From: Trichodelitschia bisporula
Lineage: Eukaryota
Reading direction: 5' to 3'
Assembly: GCA_010356995.1 (NCBI GenBank)
Contig: ML996688.1
Coordinates: 682,001-746,000 of the forward strand
DNA length: 64,000 nucleotides
The position numbers and the translations under genes are program-made. The notes under the pieces are model-generated. The model was not told the origin of the DNA and searched no databases. It worked only from the letters and a program-made list of their open reading frames with translations. This document shows, in pieces, positions 60,006-64,000 of the stretch (position 1 is the stretch's first letter; every line of letters starts with the position of its first letter).

Positions 60006-61887
60006 TCGGCCGGAAGGGCGGCGGATACGCACGCAGCAGAACTGGAGGTGGAGGAACAGCGGAGCGGAGCGGACTGAGCATGACCTCCCCGTGGGGACTG
60101 TAACGGGGTATAGTACTGTTTCGAGCCTCGCGAGCTGCAGCCTCATAGTCTAGTTATGATATCATAGCACAGGCCGGTATATATACGCGAGGATCAGGGT
60201 TGATGCCAGACCACACATCGCTCCCCCAAACCAAACGTCCATTGCCCGCAAAACGTGCATAACTGCCCACGCGCCCCACCGCTCCACCGTTAATGCGTTG
60301 GCTTATACCCGAGCTCCGCCTCTCGGCCGTGCGTTCTCCGCCCCGACCACGGATCCGCCCTTCGGAATCGCCACCTTCGGCATCCGCCCCCCCGCCCGCC
60401 TCCCGGCGGCCGGATATGCCCTGCCGGTGCCGGTCCTTCAGCCCCTTTCCGCGCCTACACCGCTGCGGTACCGCGTCCCATGCGTGACACCTCCACCTAG
60501 CGGCCGTTGCGCGCTATGGGATTTGACGTGAGTCTTAAGCCTCGATCATGCTGGGCTGCCACCGGCCCTCCTACCACCGCCCATAACGCACAGCACAGCC
60601 CCACACCGCCCCACACCGCCACCACGTTTCACCCCCCCTCCCATAGAAGCGCGGGAGAATCTTCCCCGCTGCACGCGCCCCGTCCCGGATCCCCACTCCC
60701 ATACCGATCCCGATGCACGTACCCGCCCGATGCACCCCCCTCGCAATCTCTTCCCCAAGCAGCGATCGCTGGCGCCGTGGCGTTACCCTCGGGTGCTTCC
60801 ACTGCGTTCCACACGCCTTCGGTGCAGCGCGCCCGCGACGAACGAGGTGTCAGGTGCACCCGCGTGGGCGATGTTTGATGTTTCGGGATCCGTGGGTGTG
60901 GGCGCGGGCGCGGGATGTGAAACGCCTTCGGCTACGGGTGCGGAGCCGGGGCCGGGGCCGGGGTTCGGGCCGGGTGACAGGGGTGCCGGCGGCCGGGGGA
61001 AGGCGCGATGGGAGGAATCGCTATGGGCGGAATCGCGATGGGCCTCCGTCTGGAAGGTGTGAGATACGCATATGGGATATGTGTTTGCATGTTGCACCGC
61101 CAAAAACTTGGGATCCATCGAACTCGGGATTAGATTTACCCCTCCCTCGCCTCCGCCTCCCGGCCGCGGCCGCGGGCGCGAGGACCGAACGTAAGTACAA
61201 TACATGAAGGAAGTGGCGCAGATGCGCAACTGTAGACAGAACCAAAGGAGAGAGCGTTAGAAATCCTCCCAAATAGGCTTCAGAGAGCCGTCCTGTCCAC
61301 ATTGAAAGAACACGAGACCGAAATACCCATCCATCTATCCCATCCCAGATCTTTGAAAAGTCACATCCAAACACAGTACGAGAAATGACAGATGATGACA
61401 AGAAACCGCAAATCCCAAAAATCGTCAACCATCAACGTCGCAGTCGCGTAACCTGTATCAGAAATTATCCCGCCAGTCCCAAATCCAGGGGGACAGAAGG
61501 CGAAAAAGCAGCCTATGCACAAGAAACGCCTCCTCCAGTCCCGACCAAAGCACCGCCTTTCCAGTGATATCAAGAGATGGGGAAAATATAAAAGGAAAAG
61601 ACAAAACGAATAATGTGAACCGCATCGCGTTGCACCCTTTTTATGGCGTGGTGCTAGAATCCTCAGTCGACATCTTTCAGGCTCCAAGTCGGTCATGCCG
61701 AAGCAGACATTGTAAGGCGAGGCGACATGTGAAAGAGTTGTCTGCATCTTCGCTCGTGTATCGTTGGACCCAGAACGATCGATATTGCTTGGTAGATCGA
61801 CTCGTCTGACCGAGCTTCGGCCGTCGTCCTTCAGTCTCTTAAACGTCCATCGTCCAACCAATCAGACCAGAGAGGTGCCTTCGCCCA

Positions 61888-63204
61888 TTATGGCCCTACA
61901 CTGGCGCCTTCGCCGCCAACATGACATCCCCTCTCATGCCTCTTCGCATTACTCCTCACGCTGAACCGCTTCCCACACCCCTTGTGTGAGCACGCAAAAG
62001 GCTTCTCTCCCGTATGCGAGTGGTTGTGAATCCGCAGCGAGCTAGGCCGCGAAAACGCTTTCTTGCACGTCACGCACACGTACCGGTCCTGTGACTGCGG
62101 AAACTCGGCCGCGCTGGAGGGCGAAATGTAGTGGTGGTGCTGCCACGGATTACTCGTCGAGGGGCCCATAGCGGATACCGACGCGCTGTGTGGGTGAGGG
62201 TATGACATTAGGTTTACGGATAGCGGAGGCGGGAAATTCGAAGGCAGCGGCCGTTGCGCGTACATGCTCGAGTTCGGTGCCGAGTATACTTGAGAGTCGG
62301 AGGGGTGGAAGTAAGGGTTGGAAGAGAGGGCTGGAGAGGGCGTGAAGGTGGAGGAGGCGGCGCTGGGTGACGGGTGGTAGCTCGATGCCGATGTCGGCGG
62401 TCCGTAGGGCGAAACGGCATAACCGGACGAAGCGCTGTACGGCGATCCGGGGAACATGCTCGACAACGGTGGTTGTGTGCTTGCGTACGTGGGGACCTGC
62501 TGCTGCTGTGCAGTCGTGTACACGCTGTTGATCTGCGGACCGCTGAGTCGAGGCCGCTTGCGGGGGCCGTCGGAAAAGCTGTGTCGTTGGTGGTTCGGCT
62601 CAATGCTGCCGTTGTTCGTCGAGTTGCCGATGTAATATGGCGGCGCGGATACGGTCGAGTGGGGCGACGTTGCGGGAGGAGAGTTGTGGTTATGGGATTC
62701 GATCACTGTGGTGGGGTCCGGGCCCAGAGGCGGGGTCAGAGGAGGGACGACTCGCGAGCTCGTTACTGCTGGCGCGTACGTCTGAGTGAGGGTCTCCGGC
62801 TGAAATTCGGGGCTCTGTCCCGCGTTGGTGGCCTGCTGCTCTTGCTGGGCTTGAGTTGCTAGAACTCGTCAGAGCTATTTCTCACCACGCTACCGAAGCA
62901 CTCTAGGCAGCTACTCACCACCTTCAGTCATGCCCAGAAGGCTGGAAATCGATGGTAGAGACGGCTTGTTGATCTCCTCGCTTGGTGGCGACGGCGGTTC
63001 CTGCGGTGCTGGCACCTTGTGGGTGTAGGTGAATTCGAAGGACTGCGTGCTATGATTTGAATACGGATTCGAGAGAAGACCAGATGCTGCGTTGTACTGA
63101 GCCTCGTACGGACGCGATAGCGAGTGAGTGGATGCTTGCCGCATGTAGCGGGGCGGCTCATGGGGTTCTGCTTGTGGAATGTGCACCATGCTGGCGACTT
63201 GCAT
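61888..63204 (-). CDS. C2H2 zinc-finger transcription factor, MtfA-like
   Basis: Exons 63204-62919 and 62858-61888. SLPSISSLL, PLTPPL, WQHHHY and DRYVCVTCKKAFSRPSSLRIHNHSHTGEKPFACSHKGCGKRFSVRSNAKRHERGCH, the motif order of Aspergillus MtfA. Could be a paralogue. Confidence 0.88.
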
Positions 63205-64000
63205 TGCTCAGTAACTTCAAAAAGTCGAGGAAGGCGAAGGAGGAGATGCTGGGGAGATTATGAATAGTCGCAGGCTGATGGACGGAAAGGGAATGACGTC
63301 TAAAAGTGGAGTTGCGACCAAAGCAGATGGCGAGCAAACCTGGGGTAGGTGACGATACGAGGTGGGGTGGGGGGAAGGAAGAACGGTCCGGCTGTATCAC
63401 AGCCTTGATGGGGTAAAGAAACCAAGAGAGGGACGGACGAGGAAGGTTTCAAAGCTCGCAAGCGGGGAAGGGGAGGTGAAAGCAGAAGGAGGTTCGGGAG
63501 GTTCGGAGGAAGGCTGAGCGCTTTTGGAGTCTTTCTTTGGCAAGGCGGGTTTGGTGGGACTTTTTGGCAACGGTGATGCAGCCAGATGCTTGCCGATAGA
63601 TTGTCCCATCAGCCGTGCCCTGCTTCACAACGGTGGCCAGGGGAGTCGATCCGCCTCGGGATCCCGGCCTGTCAATCTCTAATCCGCTGGTTATCACTCA
63701 GCAGGAGCCTTTGAAGGTCGGCGCGGGCCATGCAAGGGTAGCCGGCGAGAAAGACAGGCAAGCGATGTGATGCGCGTAGATCGAACAAGACGCTATATTG
63801 AGGGGCTAGGCCGTTAAGCGTCTCAGAGGTAATAATGGCCTCGGTTAATACAGAGCTAAACCCAGCACCGCGCGTCCGGGTTGATGTGGGATTAGACGAG
63901 GGAGTTTTTAGACCTGTGCAGAGTAGGTGGTCGCTGCTTTCGTGCCCCGTGCCTCCCTGTCTGTTCCAGTTTTCAGTTGCCGACGCTTTGGGCAGTCGAG

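Overview
Eukaryotic DNA from a filamentous ascomycete (Pezizomycotina, probably a Dothideomycete). This is inferred from short GT-AG introns with CTRAC branch sites and the fungal gene set. About 20 recognisable protein genes are present: vps45 (5'-truncated), a Nup53-like nucleoporin, SRP receptor alpha, a Pcl5/pas1-type Pho85 cyclin, a pathogen-related NTF2-like protein, nimA kinase, an ankyrin-BTB protein, a minimal PIP5K, Mpv17/PMP22, an FMN-dependent alpha-hydroxy-acid oxidase, an RG/AT-hook-like disordered protein, an Alr-type CorA Mg transporter, spc1, rbx1, sec61, an Edc1/PNRC-motif protein, pos5, an LPLAT acyltransferase, an NCS1 permease, a secreted carboxylesterase and an mtfA-like C2H2 factor. 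The most striking item is missing from the ORF track: a spliced gene at 33752-34778 encoding a 324-aa secreted precursor with five His/Arg/Asp/Glu-rich repeats, each ending in GW and separated by KR (a KEX2-processed repeat protein). Second is the cyclin's ~1.5 kb ATG-depleted leader, with a putative intron and two uORFs, at the edge of a ~10 kb gene-poor tract that holds a solitary copia-gag-like ORF and decayed reading frames. No rRNA, tRNA or CRISPR array was recognised. All gene models were built by eye; no database searches were run.
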